From Chiloscyllium plagiosum (lineage: Eukaryota): DNA of 64,000 nt. Numbering within the stretch: the first letter of the stretch is position 1; the number at the start of each line of letters is the position of its first letter. Below are positions 12,170 to 24,459 of the stretch, piece after piece. A program made the position numbers and the translations under genes. The DNA lies in the NCBI RefSeq assembly GCF_004010195.1, contig NC_057719.1, positions 81,831,915 through 81,895,914 of the forward strand, given 5' to 3'. The notes under the pieces are model-generated. The model worked only from the letters and a program-made list of their open reading frames with translations, did not search any database and was not told the DNA's origin.

Positions 12170-13623
12170 TACTGAATATCAGAGGGACCTTGGTGCGCAC
12201 ATCCACACATCCCTAAAGGATAGCTAAGGTGGTTAACTTAGAGCCAAAAACCTGCAGATGCTGGAATCCAAAGTGGACTCGCAGGAGGCTGGAAGAACAC
12301 ATCAAGCCAGGCAGCATCAGAAGGGGGAAGTGTCAATGTAACCCTTCCTGAGGAAGTTGGCATATGGGGTGCTTGCTTTTATTAATCGAGACTTAGTTTA
12401 CAAGAACTGGGAGGAAGTGCTGAAACTGTTGGTTTAGTCCACAATTGGAGCATTGTGTGCAGTGTCTGGACACCACATTATAAAAAGGATGTGATCATAT
12501 TAGAGAGGGTGCAGAGGAGATTCACCAGGATACTGTCTGGGCTGCAGGGTCTGAACTTTATGGAATGGTTGGATAGATTGTGGGGGAAAAGTACAATTAA
12601 AGCTTTGAGTCCAGTGACCCTTCTTCAGAACTGAGATCTGAAGAAAGGTCGCTGACTCTGTTTCTCTCTCCACAGACGCTGCCAGACTTGCTGAGTTTCT
12701 CCGGCAATTTCTGTTTTGGTTTCATGTTTCCAGCACCGCTGTTGTTTTATTTTAATGGATGAAATTGGGCTGTTTTCCTTGGAACTGAGAAGGTTGAGAA
12801 GGGACTTGATAGAGGTGTATAAAATCATGAGGTGCACAGAGACAGTGAATAGGAAGGCACTTTTCCTCTGGTGGAGTGGTTAACAACCCAAGGTGGGGCA
12901 TAGATTTAAGGTAAAAAAAAAGAAGGCTAAGAGGAATTTTGAGGAGAATTGTTTTTATTGAGAGGATGGTAGGAGTCTGCAAGGATGAGTCAGTCAGAAA
13001 CTCTCAAAATATTTAAGCAATATTTAGATATTAATTTGTGTTGCCATAGCCAAGGCTATGAGCCAACAACTCAACAATGGGACACATGTTGTCAAGCCTT
13101 TCTGCTGTGTAGGCGATGGCTTGGTGGTATTATCGCTGGGCTATGAATTCAGAAACTCAGCTAATGTTCTGGCGACCTGGATTCAAATCCTGCCCTGGCG
13201 GAAAGTAGAATTTAAATTCAGTCATAATCTGGAAATAAGAAAGGAACGGTGACTATGCGACCATTATCGAAAAGTGTGGCGCTGGAAAATCACAGCCGGT
13301 CAGGCAGCATCCGAGGAGCAGGAGAGTTGACGTTTCCAGCATAGGCTCTTCATCAGGAATCCATGAAACCATTGTCAATTGTCAGGATTAGCCCGTCTGT
13401 TTCACTAATGAAATCTGCCATCCTTACCTGGTCTGGCTCACAAGTGACTCCAGACCCATAGCAACGTGGCTAACTCTGAACTGCCCTCTGGAAATTAGTG
13501 AAGGACAATAAATTCTGGTCCGGCCAGTGATGCACGCATCCCTTAAATGAATTTTTAAAAATTTTTGTTGACCAGCATGGATACAATGGACCAAATGACC
13601 TTCTTCAGTGCTATAAATATCTG
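12170..13623 (+). mobile_element. CR1 3' portion hosting PLE tails (12240-12355, 12595-12750) and a SINE (13110-13560)
   Basis: RDLGAHIH..LEHCVQ..LERVQRRFTR..LRRDLIEVYKIM; 3' UTR resumes at 13561-13623. Confidence 0.75.
13110..13560 (+). mobile_element. tRNA-derived SINE (family 2) with a family B PLE tail/HHR insertion at ~13269-13362 (-)
   Basis: A-box-like TGGCTTGGTGG, B-box-like GATTCAAATCC; insert flanked by imperfect ACCATTATC/ACCATTGTC. Confidence 0.75.
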
Positions 13624-13652
13624 CTTTCGGAGCGACACTCCTTCATCAGGTG
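13623..13652 (-). ncRNA. Family A hammerhead motif truncated just before the cleavage site
   Basis: Minus strand CAC-CTGATGA-A-GGAGT-GTC-GCTCC-GAAA-GC, then target DNA. Confidence 0.7.
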
Positions 13653-14744
13653 ATAGTGGAGGGCTCGATCGTAACACAGAATTTATAGCAAAAATTTGCA
13701 GTGTGATGTAACTGAAATTATACATTGAAAAATTAATTGTCTGTTAAGCCTTTCATCTGTTAGAATACAGTGATAGTTTCACTTCTTTCGTGTGTAAATC
13801 ACAAAACCTTTTTTTTANNNNNNNNNNNNNNNNNNNNNNNNNNNNNNNNNNNNNNNNNNNNNNNNNNNNNNNNNNNNNNNNNNNNNNNNNNNNNNNNNNN
13901 NNNNNNNNNNNNNNNNNNNNNNNNNNNNNNNNNNNNNNNNNNNNNNNNNNNNNNNNNNNNNNNNNNNNNNNNNNNNNNNNNNNNNNNNNNNNNNNNNNNN
14001 NNNNNNNNNNNNNNNNNNNNNNNNNNNNNNNNNNNNNNNNNNNNNNNNNNNNNNNNNNNNNNNNNNNNNNNNNNNNNNNNNNNNNNNNNNNNNNNNNNNN
14101 NNNNNNNNNNNNNNNNNNNNNNNNNNNNNNNNNNNNNNNNNNNNNNNNNNNNNNNNNNNNNNNNNNNNNNNNNNNNNNNNNNNNNNNNNNNNNNNNNNNN
14201 NNNNNNNNNNNNNNNNNNNNNNNNNNNNNNNNNNNNNNNNNNNNNNNNNNNNNNNNNNNNNNNNNNNNNNNNNNNNNNNNNNNNNNNNNNNNNNNNNNNN
14301 NNNNNNNNNNNNNNNNNNNNNNNNNNNNNNNNNNNNNNNNNNNNNNNNNNNNNNNNNNNNNNNNNNNNNNNNNNNNNNNNNNNNNNNNNNNNNNNNNNNN
14401 NNNNNNNNNNNNNNNNNNNNNNNNNNNNNNNNNNNNNNNNNNNNNNNNNNNNNNNNNNNNNNNNNNNNNNNNNNNNNNNNNNNNNNNNNNNNNNNNNNNN
14501 NNNNNNNNNNNNNNNNNNNNNNNNNNNNNNNNNNNNNNNNNNNNNNNNNNNNNNNNNNNNNNNNNNNNNNNNNNNNNNNNNNNNNNNNNNNNNNNNNNNN
14601 NNNNNNNNNNNNNNNNNNNNNNNNNNNNNNNNNNNNNNNNNNNNNNNNNNNNNNNNNNNNNNNNNNNNNNNNNNNNNNNNNNNNNNNNNNNNNNNNNNNN
14701 NNNNNNNNNNNNNNNNNNNNNNNNNNNNNNNNNNNNNNNNNNTG

Positions 14745-15404
14745 TGACGTGAACCCAAGGTCCCGGTTGAGGCCGTCCCTATGGGTACCGAATTTAGTTA
14801 TTAGCCTCTGCTCGGCCACTTTCCTCTGCTGCCTGTCCCGGAGTCCACCTTGGAGAATGGTCACCCGAAGGTCCGAGGCTGAATGTCCTGGACCACTGAA
14901 GTGTTCCCCAACTGGGAGGGAACCCTCCTGTCTGTTGATTGTTGTGCGGTGCCCATTCATCCGTTGTCGTAGCCTTTGCTCGGTTTCCCCAATGTACCAT
15001 GCCTCCGGGCATCCTTGCTTGCAACGTATAAGATAGAACAACGTTGGCTGAGTCACATGAGTACCTGCCATGTACAAGGTGGGAGGTGTGCCCACGCGTA
15101 ATAGTGGTATCTATGTCCACAATCTGGCAGGTCTTGCAGCGTCCACCGTGATAGGGTTGTATGGAGTTGTCCCGAGAGCCGGGCAGTTTGCTACGAACAA
15201 TGATCTATTTGAGGTTTGGCAGTTGTTTAAAGGCAAGTAGTGGAGGTGTGGGGAAGGTCTTGGTGAGGTGCTCATCCTCATTGATAATGTGTTGCAGGTC
15301 ACAAAGAACATGGCGTAATTTTTCAGCCCCTGGGAAGTACTGAACAACGAAGGGTCCTGTGTCACTCGCAGCACGTGTCTGTCTCCTGAGGAGGTCATTA
15401 CGGT
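14745..15404 (-). pseudogene. Inverted duplicate of the PLE ORF 3' part (linker and GIY-YIG)
   Basis: YLIRCKQGCPEAWYIGETEQRLRQRMNGH...VGEHF...EQRLITKFGTHRDGLNRD. Confidence 0.92.
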
Positions 15405-15470
15405 CAACAACCTGGTGTTGTGTGATTTTTAACTTTGTACACCCCAGTCCAACACCGGCATCTCCAAATC

Positions 15471-17857
15471 ATGACTACTATCGACACCACTAACCGCTGG
15501 CTTAAAGTGGAGAGGATCTCCAAGAAGATCGTACATATCGACACAGACATCAAGTTTCTACAGGAATGCAGGCAAGCAGGAAAGATCCAGAAAGGATTAC
15601 GGATCACGAACCCACTTAGGTCGACCTACAACACAGACTACGCAGAGAGACTTTGCCACCGCACCTCTCGTAAACTCCTCAATTATCTCGTGCACCAACT
15701 CTACAGCAGGTGCCACAACCTTGAAATTCAGATGGAGTCTACACTCACAGCCCGCACACAGGATACATCAGTACAATTAGGTGACATTGCCAAACAGACA
15801 AGGCGACAAAACTACACCACATACATGCACGCCAAGAACAAAAAACTGGAGAAGCTTGGCATTCTTACCAGTAATAGCAAAGCCCGCCCTGGAACCACAG
15901 TAGACAACATTATCACTGCGGGGAAGTCTATTGTCAACTTATTGGACCACACCCTTCGACCGGAAGAGATTGAAGTCCTAAGTAGGGGTCTCAACTTCTA
16001 ACCCACCACCAAAATGGACCCGTTGGTTCTGGCAGCAGACACAGAGGAGTTCATCAGACGAATGAGACTCCGGGAATTCTTTCAAGGTGCCGGCAGTGAT
16101 CCCACTGATGAACTAGAACAGTCATCCACAGGGATCTGTAGAGGAGCGACCAAAGAAGGTGTCCACATGGACCCCACCGGAGGGCCGCTGCCCTGGGCTT
16201 GACATGTATGCTCAAACTGTCAGGAAATATATAAATGCCAGATTCAACAGCCGTACCCATAAGGTAGAGCAAAACATCACCCGTTCCCAACGCAATGCCA
16301 TCCAGGCTCTCAAAACCAATGACAACATTGTCATCAAACCAGCAGATAAAGGAGGAGCCGTTGTCATTTAGAATAGAACAGATTACTGCAAGGAAGTGTA
16401 CTGACAACTAAACAACCAGGAACACTACAGGCAACTACCAGCTGATCTGAGCAAAGAACATACCCGAGAATTAAACACACTGATCAGAACTTTGGATCCA
16501 GTCCTTCAGAGTTCCCAACGCGCCCTCATCCCATGTACTTCTCGTGTAGGCGACTTCCACTGCCTTCCAAAGGTACACAAAGCCAACACATCGGGACGTC
16601 CCATCGTGTCGGGAAATGGGACCCTATGTGAGAATCTCACTGGCTATGTGGAAGGTATCTTGAAACCTATTGTACAGGGGATCTCCAGCTTCTGTCGCAA
16701 CACTACGGATTTCTTACAGAAACTCAGCACCCACTGACCAGTCGAACAGGGAACATTCCTCGTCACAATGGATGTTTCCGCACTCTACATCAGCATTCCC
16801 CACAAGGATGGCATCGCAGCAACAGCCTCAGTCCTCAACACCAACAACTGCCAGTCTCCAAACACCATCCTACAACTCATTCGCTTTATCCTCAATCAGA
16901 ACGTCTTCACCTTTGACAACCAATTCTTCATCCAGACACATGGAACAGCCATAGGGACCAAATTTGCACCCCGATATGCCAACATTTTTATGCACAGGTT
17001 CGAACAATATTTCTTCTCTATGCAGGATCTCCAATCGACAAAGGCACCAGGTACATTGATGACATTTTCTTCCTCTGGACCCATGGCGAGGAGTCACTGA
17101 TAAAACTACACAGTGACATCAACAAGTTTCATCCCACCATCAAACTCACCATGGACTACTCTCGACTGTCTGTCTCATTCTTGGACACGTGCATCTCCAT
17201 CAAGGACAGACCTCAGCACCACATTCTACTGCAAACCCACAGACAACCTCACAATGCTACACTTCTCCAGCTTCCACCCAAAACATATTAAAACAGCCAT
17301 TCCCTATGGACAAGCCCTACACATACACCAAATCTGCTCAGATGAGGAGGAACGTGACAGACACCTGGAAGTACTCAAGGATGCCCTCAAAAGAACGGGG
17401 TACAATGCTCAACTCATTGACCGCCAGTTCCGACGTGCCACAGCAAGGAACCGTAATGACCTCCTCAGGAGACAGACACGGGCTGCAANNNNNNNNNNNN
17501 NNNNNNNNNNNNNNNNNNNNNNNNNNNNNNNTTCCCCACACCTCCACTACTTGCCTTTAAACAACCGCCAAACCTCAAACAGATCATTGTTTGTAGCAAA
17601 CTGCCCGGCTCTCAGGACATCTCCATACAACCCTGTCACAGTGGACGCTGCAAGACGTGCCAGATTGTGGACATAGATACCACTATTACGCGTGGGAACA
17701 CCTCCCACTGTGTACATGGCAGGTAATCATGTACTCAGCCAACGTTGTCTATCTTATACGTTGCAGGCAAGGATGCCCGGAGGCATGGTACATTGGGGAA
17801 ACAGAGCAAAGGCTACGACAACGGATGAATGGGCACTGCACAACAATCAACAGACAG
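15471..17857 (+). pseudogene. PLE ORF (N-terminal domain, RT, Cys linker, GIY-YIG endonuclease), disrupted; end lies in a gap
   Basis: ATG at 15471 (MTTIDTTNRWLKVER); IKPADKGGAVV; LPKVHK..GRPIVS; MDVSALY; GTAIGTKFAPRYANIFM; YIDDIF; PCHSGRCKTCQ; VYLIRCRQGC..WYIGET..RMNGH; stops at ~16000, 16370, 16403, 16736 and frameshifts. Confidence 0.92.
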
Positions 17858-17969
17858 NNNNNNNNNNNNNNNNNNNNNNNNNNNNNNNNNNNNNNNNNNN
17901 NNNNNNNNNNNNNNNNNNNNNNNNNNNNNNNNNNNNNNNNNNNNNNNNNNNNNNNNNNNNNNNNNNNNG

Positions 17970-18170
17970 GACACAGGTACACACAGACACGCACACAGAC
18001 ACCCACACACACCCTTATAGACACACACACTCCCACATGTACCCCCTCACAGACTTAAGACACTCTGCACTCACTACATACACACACATTTTCTCACATT
18101 CTCACACTCACAACCCCCACCCCAGACACACACACACACAGACAGACAAAGACCCACATGCACACATATA
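17970..18170 (+). repeat. CA-rich low-complexity tract in the PLE 3' region
   Basis: Imperfect (CA)n next to an N gap. Confidence 0.85.
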
Positions 18171-18574
18171 TTTTGTGGGGTGAATTTGTACTTGCAGAGT
18201 TACATTGCACTTTGCTCAAAAACTGCATACATTCATGTAGAACTCTGAGCTCAAAAACTGCATGAATTTATGTAAAACTCTGTTATCTCACTTTTTAGAT
18301 TAGAATCAATCTAAACATAAGGTCATAGACAGAGAACACAGGGGGCTAACACCTTCAACATATTTTCTAGCTATCATCATTGTTAACAGCTAACCCGAGA
18401 ATGCAGCTTTAAAAAAAAGGTTTTGTGATTTACACATGAAAGAAGTGAAACTATCACTGTATTCTAACAGATGAAAGGCTTAACAGACAATCAATTTTTC
18501 AATGTATAATTTCAGTTACATCACACTGCAAATTTTTGCTATAAATTCTGTGTTACGATCGAGCCCTCCACAAT

Positions 18575-18609
18575 CACCTGATGAAGGAGCGTCGCTCCGA
18601 AAGCTAGTG
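18575..18609 (+). ncRNA. Minimal type I hammerhead ribozyme motif (family A), intact core
   Basis: CAC-CTGATGA-A-GGAGC-GTC-GCTCC-GAAA-GCTA-GTG: stem I CAC/GTG, 5-bp stem II, palindromic AGCU stem III; predicted cleavage after 18606. Confidence 0.8.
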
Positions 18610-19069
18610 TGCTTCCAATTAAACCTGTTGGACTATAACCTGGTGTTGTGTGATTTTTAACTTTGTACACCCCAGTCCAACACCGGCATCTCCAAATTAT
18701 AAATATCTGAGTTGCCAATAGCTGTTGAGTAGCAACCTAAGTATTTATAGTTGTGACTATGTAGTATATTAACACATGGAAGTGTTTCAATGCACTTCAA
18801 CAACCTAGGGTTTGCAAAATATCACAAATTGCATCTCAGGAGCATTGATAAACAAAATCATACTGAGCCAAAGAAGGAGATACAATGACTGGTCAAAGGA
18901 TAGGTTTAAGGAAGGTCAGAGAAGTCTAGAACGTAGGATCTTGACAGCATAAGGCACACACAGATAGAGGCAACAGAGTTACAGATGCTTGATCGGCCAG
19001 AGTAGGGAAACAGCAGAGTTCCTGGAATATCGTAGGACAGAAGGAAGTTACAGAAATAAAATTGCAGAT

Positions 19070-19405
19070 TTTTAAAATTCATTTGTGGGACTTGTGAGAC
19101 TGGCCAGCGTTGCTGGCACATGCATATTTGCTCTTGAGAAGGTGGTGGTGAGCTGCCTTCTTGAACCGCTGCAGTCCACCTGCTGTGGGTTAAAGAAGGA
19201 ATTCCAGGATTTTGACCAAACAACTGTGAAGGAACAGTGGTGTATTTCCAAGTCAGGATGGTGAATGGCTTGGAGAGGAACTGCAGGTGGTGGTGTTCCC
19301 AAGTACCTGTTGCCCTTGTCCTTTTAGACGGAAGTGGTTGTGGGTTTGGAAAGTGCTGTCTAAGTATCTTTGGTGAATTTCTGCAGTGCATCTTGTAGAT
19401 AGCTG
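19070..19405 (-). mobile_element. 3' end of second CR1-superfamily lineage
   Basis: GAGAAGGTGGTGGTGAGCTGCCTTCTTGAACCGCTGCAGTCCA; similar copies at 29060-29170, 34825-35200 and 55160-55430. Confidence 0.75.
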
Positions 19406-19434
19406 AAAATGTGGGAAACAAAGCAGAAAATATG

Positions 19435-19620
19435 ACTTGATTTGATTTGATTTGATTTAATTTATTATTGTCACACATTGCCTAGGTACAGTGAAAAGTT
19501 TTTGTGTGAAATACAGGCAGATTATACCATACAAAGTGCATTAGGATATTCGGACAAAGCGACAAATATAATGTTATGGATGCAAAGAAGGTGCACAAAG
19601 AGCGACATCAACTATAAATT
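19435..19620 (-). mobile_element. LINE 3' tail with (TGATT)n, possibly Rex1/Babar
   Basis: (TTTGA)n then TTATTGTCACA..TACAGTGAAAAG; similar to 38755-38850. Confidence 0.45.
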
Positions 19621-20960
19621 TGAAATGCTTTAGAAACTGTATGTCTAATATGACTGCTATATGTACTTGTGTGTTTTAAATTACATGTAACAGGAGAAAA
19701 CCGTCAGTTCTTCGAGCATTTTGCCCCTTTCATTGAAATCATGCAATCTACCTAAATCCATATAGCGAAGTTTACTCAATTAATAAATGTGTGGAACAGA
19801 ACTGAAACAGGGTAAAAGGAGACCGGAAGTTGAAATTTTTCATTTTGTATTCATCAGATCTAGGACCCAAAAAACAGACGTAAAAGAAAGAGACACCATT
19901 TTATATACTGTGAGAAGACAGCGCTAATTGTTTGGTCCAACATTGGCAAGGAAATGTATTAAGAACAGTTAACAGTCAATCATAATTCTCAGACCAGACA
20001 GGTAGATTCTAATTGATTTGTTCAGAGCATTGCCATGGGGATGTAGCAGAGTTTGGCTGTATGCATGAGGGTGATTGGTCCATTCAGCCCATGCTAGCTC
20101 TCTGCAAGAGCAGTTTAGCCATCCCACCTTCTTTCCTTTATTCTGTAGCCTTGCATTTTCTTTTCATCCCCATTCCCCACTGTAAGCCATGATTGAAAGT
20201 GCCTCCACCATACTCTCAGACAGTGCACTCCAGATTTGAACCACTCACTGCATAAGATAGGTTTTCCTTGTATCAGCTTTTGCCAATCATTTTAAGTCTG
20301 TGTTCTCTGTTTCTCAACTCTTCCATTGAGTAGTTTCTATCTGCTTTGTCCAAATCTCTTACAATTTTCAACAGATCTGTCAAATCTGTTCTCAATCTTA
20401 ACTTCCTTAACTCAAAAACAACCCACTCTCCAATATATGAGCTTTTTAATACTTCTGATTACTAAAATATCTGCTAATCTTCATTTTACAATTTTAATAT
20501 TGTCTAAATTGATCACAAACTTGATTGGCATTTATAGAAGCAAGTTCCATTGTGGGTTTCCTAAATTCATGCAGATAGGTCAGACTCTAATTTTTAAACC
20601 ATCCTTTCTAGTCCAACATTCCTCAACTTGGGGAAATAGTCTGTCTATCTACGCAATCCATGACCTTTTATTATAATTGACCTTCTAGAAATGTTTCAGT
20701 TTGAACTGAAAGTATCTTTAGTTGTGGTTTTAAAAAGTGGATCTTTTTGAGGTTTCACAAAAGTTATAACATCAAATAGATCACTTACACATGGAGTAAA
20801 CACATTAAAAAGAATTTCCAGACAACGGGGAAATAAACCTTTGATGAATGGTCAATCTGATAGTGAACAATCAGTTCATTTTGTGATTGGTGTGGAAAGA
20901 CAGCTCTCTTTGGCAATGGACGAGTTAATCGGCTTTAGGTAGACATGAGGCTGATTGGAG

Positions 20961-21075
20961 TCAAGAGTGTGTTGCTGGAAAAGCACTGCAAGTCAGGCAG
21001 CATCCAAGGAGCAGGAAAATCGACATTTCGGGCAAAAGCCTTTGACTCTAATCTCCAGCATCTGTTCACTTTCGC
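20961..21075. mobile_element. PLE mini-insertion (family B) with a short inverted second arm, 17-bp direct repeat
   Basis: CATGAGGCTGATTGGAG at 20944-20960 and 21076-21092; minus arm stops in HHR stem II (TTTCGGGCAAAAGCC) and switches to a plus-strand tail. Confidence 0.85.
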
Positions 21076-21384
21076 CATGAGGCTGATTGGAGACAGGAGG
21101 CCATGTAATGGCACTTCAGGAGTGTATCCAAATAGTGATGGCAATGCTGCCGAATGCGTATTCTATAAATGATCCACTGTTCACCGTGATCATCTTCATT
21201 TACCACCATCCAGAAATGTCTTCAGTGTATCAGCTACCAATGTTTCTATCTTGCTTTGACCCTTTGCCTTTATGCTGGATGAGCTCCAAATTTCTCTTCC
21301 ACTGATACACAGTACTGCTGACCATCTGCAGGCATAAAGAGATACTGGTAAACTGCATTGCCAGCAATAGCTAACGAAAAAGAA

Positions 21385-21780
21385 AACCTTACATTTATGT
21401 AAAACCTCTCACAATCTCAGGACATCCCAAAATATTTTACAACTACTTATGGCAGCCAGTCTGCACACAACAAGGTCTCACAAACAGCAATATGGTCATG
21501 ACCAGGTCAAATGTTTTAGTGCTGCTGGTTAAGGGATAAATGTTGGCAGAGACATCAATAATCTCCACTTACTTTTCTTCAGGTAGCACCTTTATAGAAA
21601 CCGTTACAGCTACCTGAGAGGGCAGAGATTGATGCCAATTTAACATCTCACCTGATAGAAGCCACATTCAACAATATGCACTCCACTAGGACTGGACCAG
21701 TTTAGATTTATCACTGGGGAGGAACCTGAAACCATGACCTGCTGATTCAGAGTTGACAGCCCTGCACACTAACACATCAA
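21385..21780 (-). mobile_element. Ancient SINE with L2-like tail
   Basis: ACATTTATGTAAAACC..CAGGACATCCCAAA..CACAAACAGCAAT; related pieces at 8900-9120, 24260-24450 and 44600-44880. Confidence 0.5.
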
Positions 21781-22359
21781 GCAAAGGCCTACAGGGAAAT
21801 AAAGCCTAAATACATAAACAGGGAGATTCACAGAAAAAAAAATCTGAACTACAAACCAAAGCATTTCCTTACACACAAAAAAAATCAGAAGATTAGAAAT
21901 GAGTATGAATGCAGTTGGAAGATTGAACTATGAAATGCCACAAAGATAGCAGATATAGCAGTGATGGTTAACCTTTATTCCCAATGTTGTTACAAGTCTG
22001 GAAGCAATTAGCTACACTCAGTTGGTCCTTTGATGGACCAATATCAGAATTGCAATATGGTTGATGATCGAACCAGATATTTTATATTTTCTTAAGACTT
22101 CCACAGTTGCCCTAGCCAAAATGCTCATGGATAGGGTCTTCAGTAGGATTTAGGGACTTTGAGCCTGTTTGTGTGCAGTTGCACTCACTTTTACTTATTG
22201 CTGTGTGTGCCTCATGAAACAGTGAAGCTCACTGGTGAACATCATCTGGCTAGTGCCAGTGGACTGGGGCAAGACATGGGGGTTCCTATTTTGTAAAGAA
22301 GTTAAGAAATTGGACACTTGTGTTTTCAGGCCTGTCTGTTTTACATCAGTCTGTAAAAC

Positions 22360-22580
22360 TGGAAAGCATTATGTGGGATTTGTTTTATGATCACTTAATT
22401 AGAGAGCAAAGTAGACATTAAGAGTTCTCAGCATGGCTTCAGAAATGAAAGGTTCTACCTCATTAACTTAATTGAATTGATTCCATGATATGGCCAAATA
22501 GTGGTAATGCCAGCCTTGCTAATGCTGTGCATTCGATTTCCAAAACTATTTTTGACTAGGTGTCCCATATGAGAGTTATT
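22360..22580 (+). mobile_element. Very old CR1 RT fragment
   Basis: QHGFRNER..LINLIE followed by a DF.K.FD.VP-like motif. Confidence 0.6.
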
Positions 22581-24210
22581 AGAACATAGAACATAGAATA
22601 GTACAGCACAGGGCCTTTGGCCCAAGGTGTTGTGCTGAGCATTTATCTTAATCTAAGATCAACCTAACCTACACACACCTGAATTTACTGCCGTTCATGT
22701 GCTTGTCCAGCAGTCGTTTAAATGTCCTAATGTCTCTGACTCTGCTACCGCCGCCGGCAGTGCATTCCATGCACCTACCACTCTCTGTGTAAAGAACCTA
22801 CATCTGACATCTCCACTGTACTTTCCTCCAATCACCTTAAAATTATGACTCCTCATGACAGCCATTTCTGCCCTGGGGAAAAGTCTCTGGCTATCTACTC
22901 TATCTATGCCTCTCACTACCTTGTACACCTCCATCAAGTCGCCTCTCTTCCGTCTTAGAGTCATAGAGATATAGAGATGTACAGCACAGAAACAGACCCT
23001 TCGGTCCAACCTGTCCATGCAGACCAGATATCCCAACCCAATCTAGTCCCACCTGCCAGCACCCGGCCCATATCCCTCCAACCCTTCCTATTCATATACC
23101 CATCCAAATGCCTCTTAAATGTTACAATTGTACCTGCCTCCACCGCTTCCTCTGGCAGCTCACTCCATACATGTACCACCCTCTGTGTGAAAAAATAGGT
23201 CTCTTTTATATCTTTCTCCTCTCACCCGAAACGCCGACTCCAGGGAAAAGGCTTTACCTATTTACCCTATCCATGCCCTTCATACTTTTGTAAACCTCTA
23301 TAAGGTCACCCCTCAGCCTCTGATGCTTCAGGGAAAACAGCCCCAGCCTGTTCAGTCTCTCCCTATAGCTCAAATCCTCCAACCCTGGCAACATCCTTGT
23401 AGATCTTTTCTGAACCCTTTCAAATTTCACAACACTTTTCCGATAGGAAGGAGACCAGAATTGCACACAATATTCCAACAGTGGCCTAACCAATGTCCTG
23501 AACAGCCACAACATGACCTCCCAACTCCAGTACTCATTACTCTGACCAATAAAGGAAAGCATACCAAACACCTTCTTCACTATCCTATCTACCTGTGACT
23601 CCACTTTCAAGGAGCTATGAACCTGCTCTCCAAGATCTCTTTGTTCAGCAACACTTCCTAGGACCTTATCATTAAGTGTATAAGTCCTGCTAAGACTTGC
23701 TTTTCCAAAATGTAGCACCTCTTCTCTCCAGTGTGAAAAGCCCTCGGTCACTCAACCTCTCTTCATAAGACCAATCCAGGCAGCATCCTGGCAAATCTCC
23801 TCCTCACCCTCTCTAAAGCATCTACATCCTTCCTATAATGAGGTAACCAGGACTGGACACAATATTCCAAGTGTAATTTAACCACGGTTTTATAGAGTTG
23901 CAGCAAAATCTCGCAGCTCTTAAACTCAATTCCCTGTTAATGAAAGCCAAAACACCATACGCCTGCTTATCAACCCTATTAACTTGGGTGGAAACTTTGA
24001 GGGATCTATGTACATGGACCCCAAAATCCTGCTGTTCCTCCACACTGTCAAGAATTTTGTCTTTAATCCCATATTCAGCATTCAAACTCGACTGTCCAGA
24101 ATGAATCATGTCACATCTATCCAGGTTTAACTCCATCTGTCACTTCTCAGCCCAGCTCTGCATCCTGTCAATGTCTCTTTGTAGCCTGCAACAGCCCTCA
24201 ACGCTATCTA
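22580..24210 (-). mobile_element. CR1 3' portion with a second CR1 nested at ~22956-23720 (both minus)
   Basis: Two 3' tails ((AGAACAT)n at 22580 and AGAGTCATAGAG at 22957); RT C-termini LVRPLLEYCVQFWSP and RGDLMEVYK. Confidence 0.88.
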
Positions 24211-24459
24211 CATTAATTGGATTGCATTTGTTTTGTATATTTTTTAATGAACTCAAGATGTCGACCAGATGCTTTAAGTGCCAATGGGGGCTTTCTGAAG
24301 TTTGGTCACTGTTGTAATGTGGAAAAAGCAGCTACAAATGTTTACACACAAGGTTCTGCAAGCAATGATAATCAGATAATTAGATATTGAGTTGAAAGAG
24401 AAATATTGGTCAGGACACAAGGGAACACTCCTTTCTTCTTGTTCAAGAAAGGGAACAGG

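Larger units (their letters stand above)
13624..18697. mobile_element. Penelope-like element (Neptune-type): inverted 3' partial copy (13624-15404, -) joined to a near full-length copy (15409-18697, +), 12-bp TSD
   Basis: TSD TATAAATATCTG at 13612-13623 and 18698-18709; 13624-13817 is the reverse complement of ~18410-18604; RT and GIY-YIG motifs. Confidence 0.93.

Noticed and set aside
13770..14758. Long ORFs of 170-430 aa in the ORF track (also ~47900-48560, and shorter ones at ~39000-39390)
   Set aside because: They are artefacts of N gaps (poly-X)
18906..19478. 190-aa minus-strand ORF
   Set aside because: It spans a microsatellite tail and a LINE 3' end and is repeat-derived
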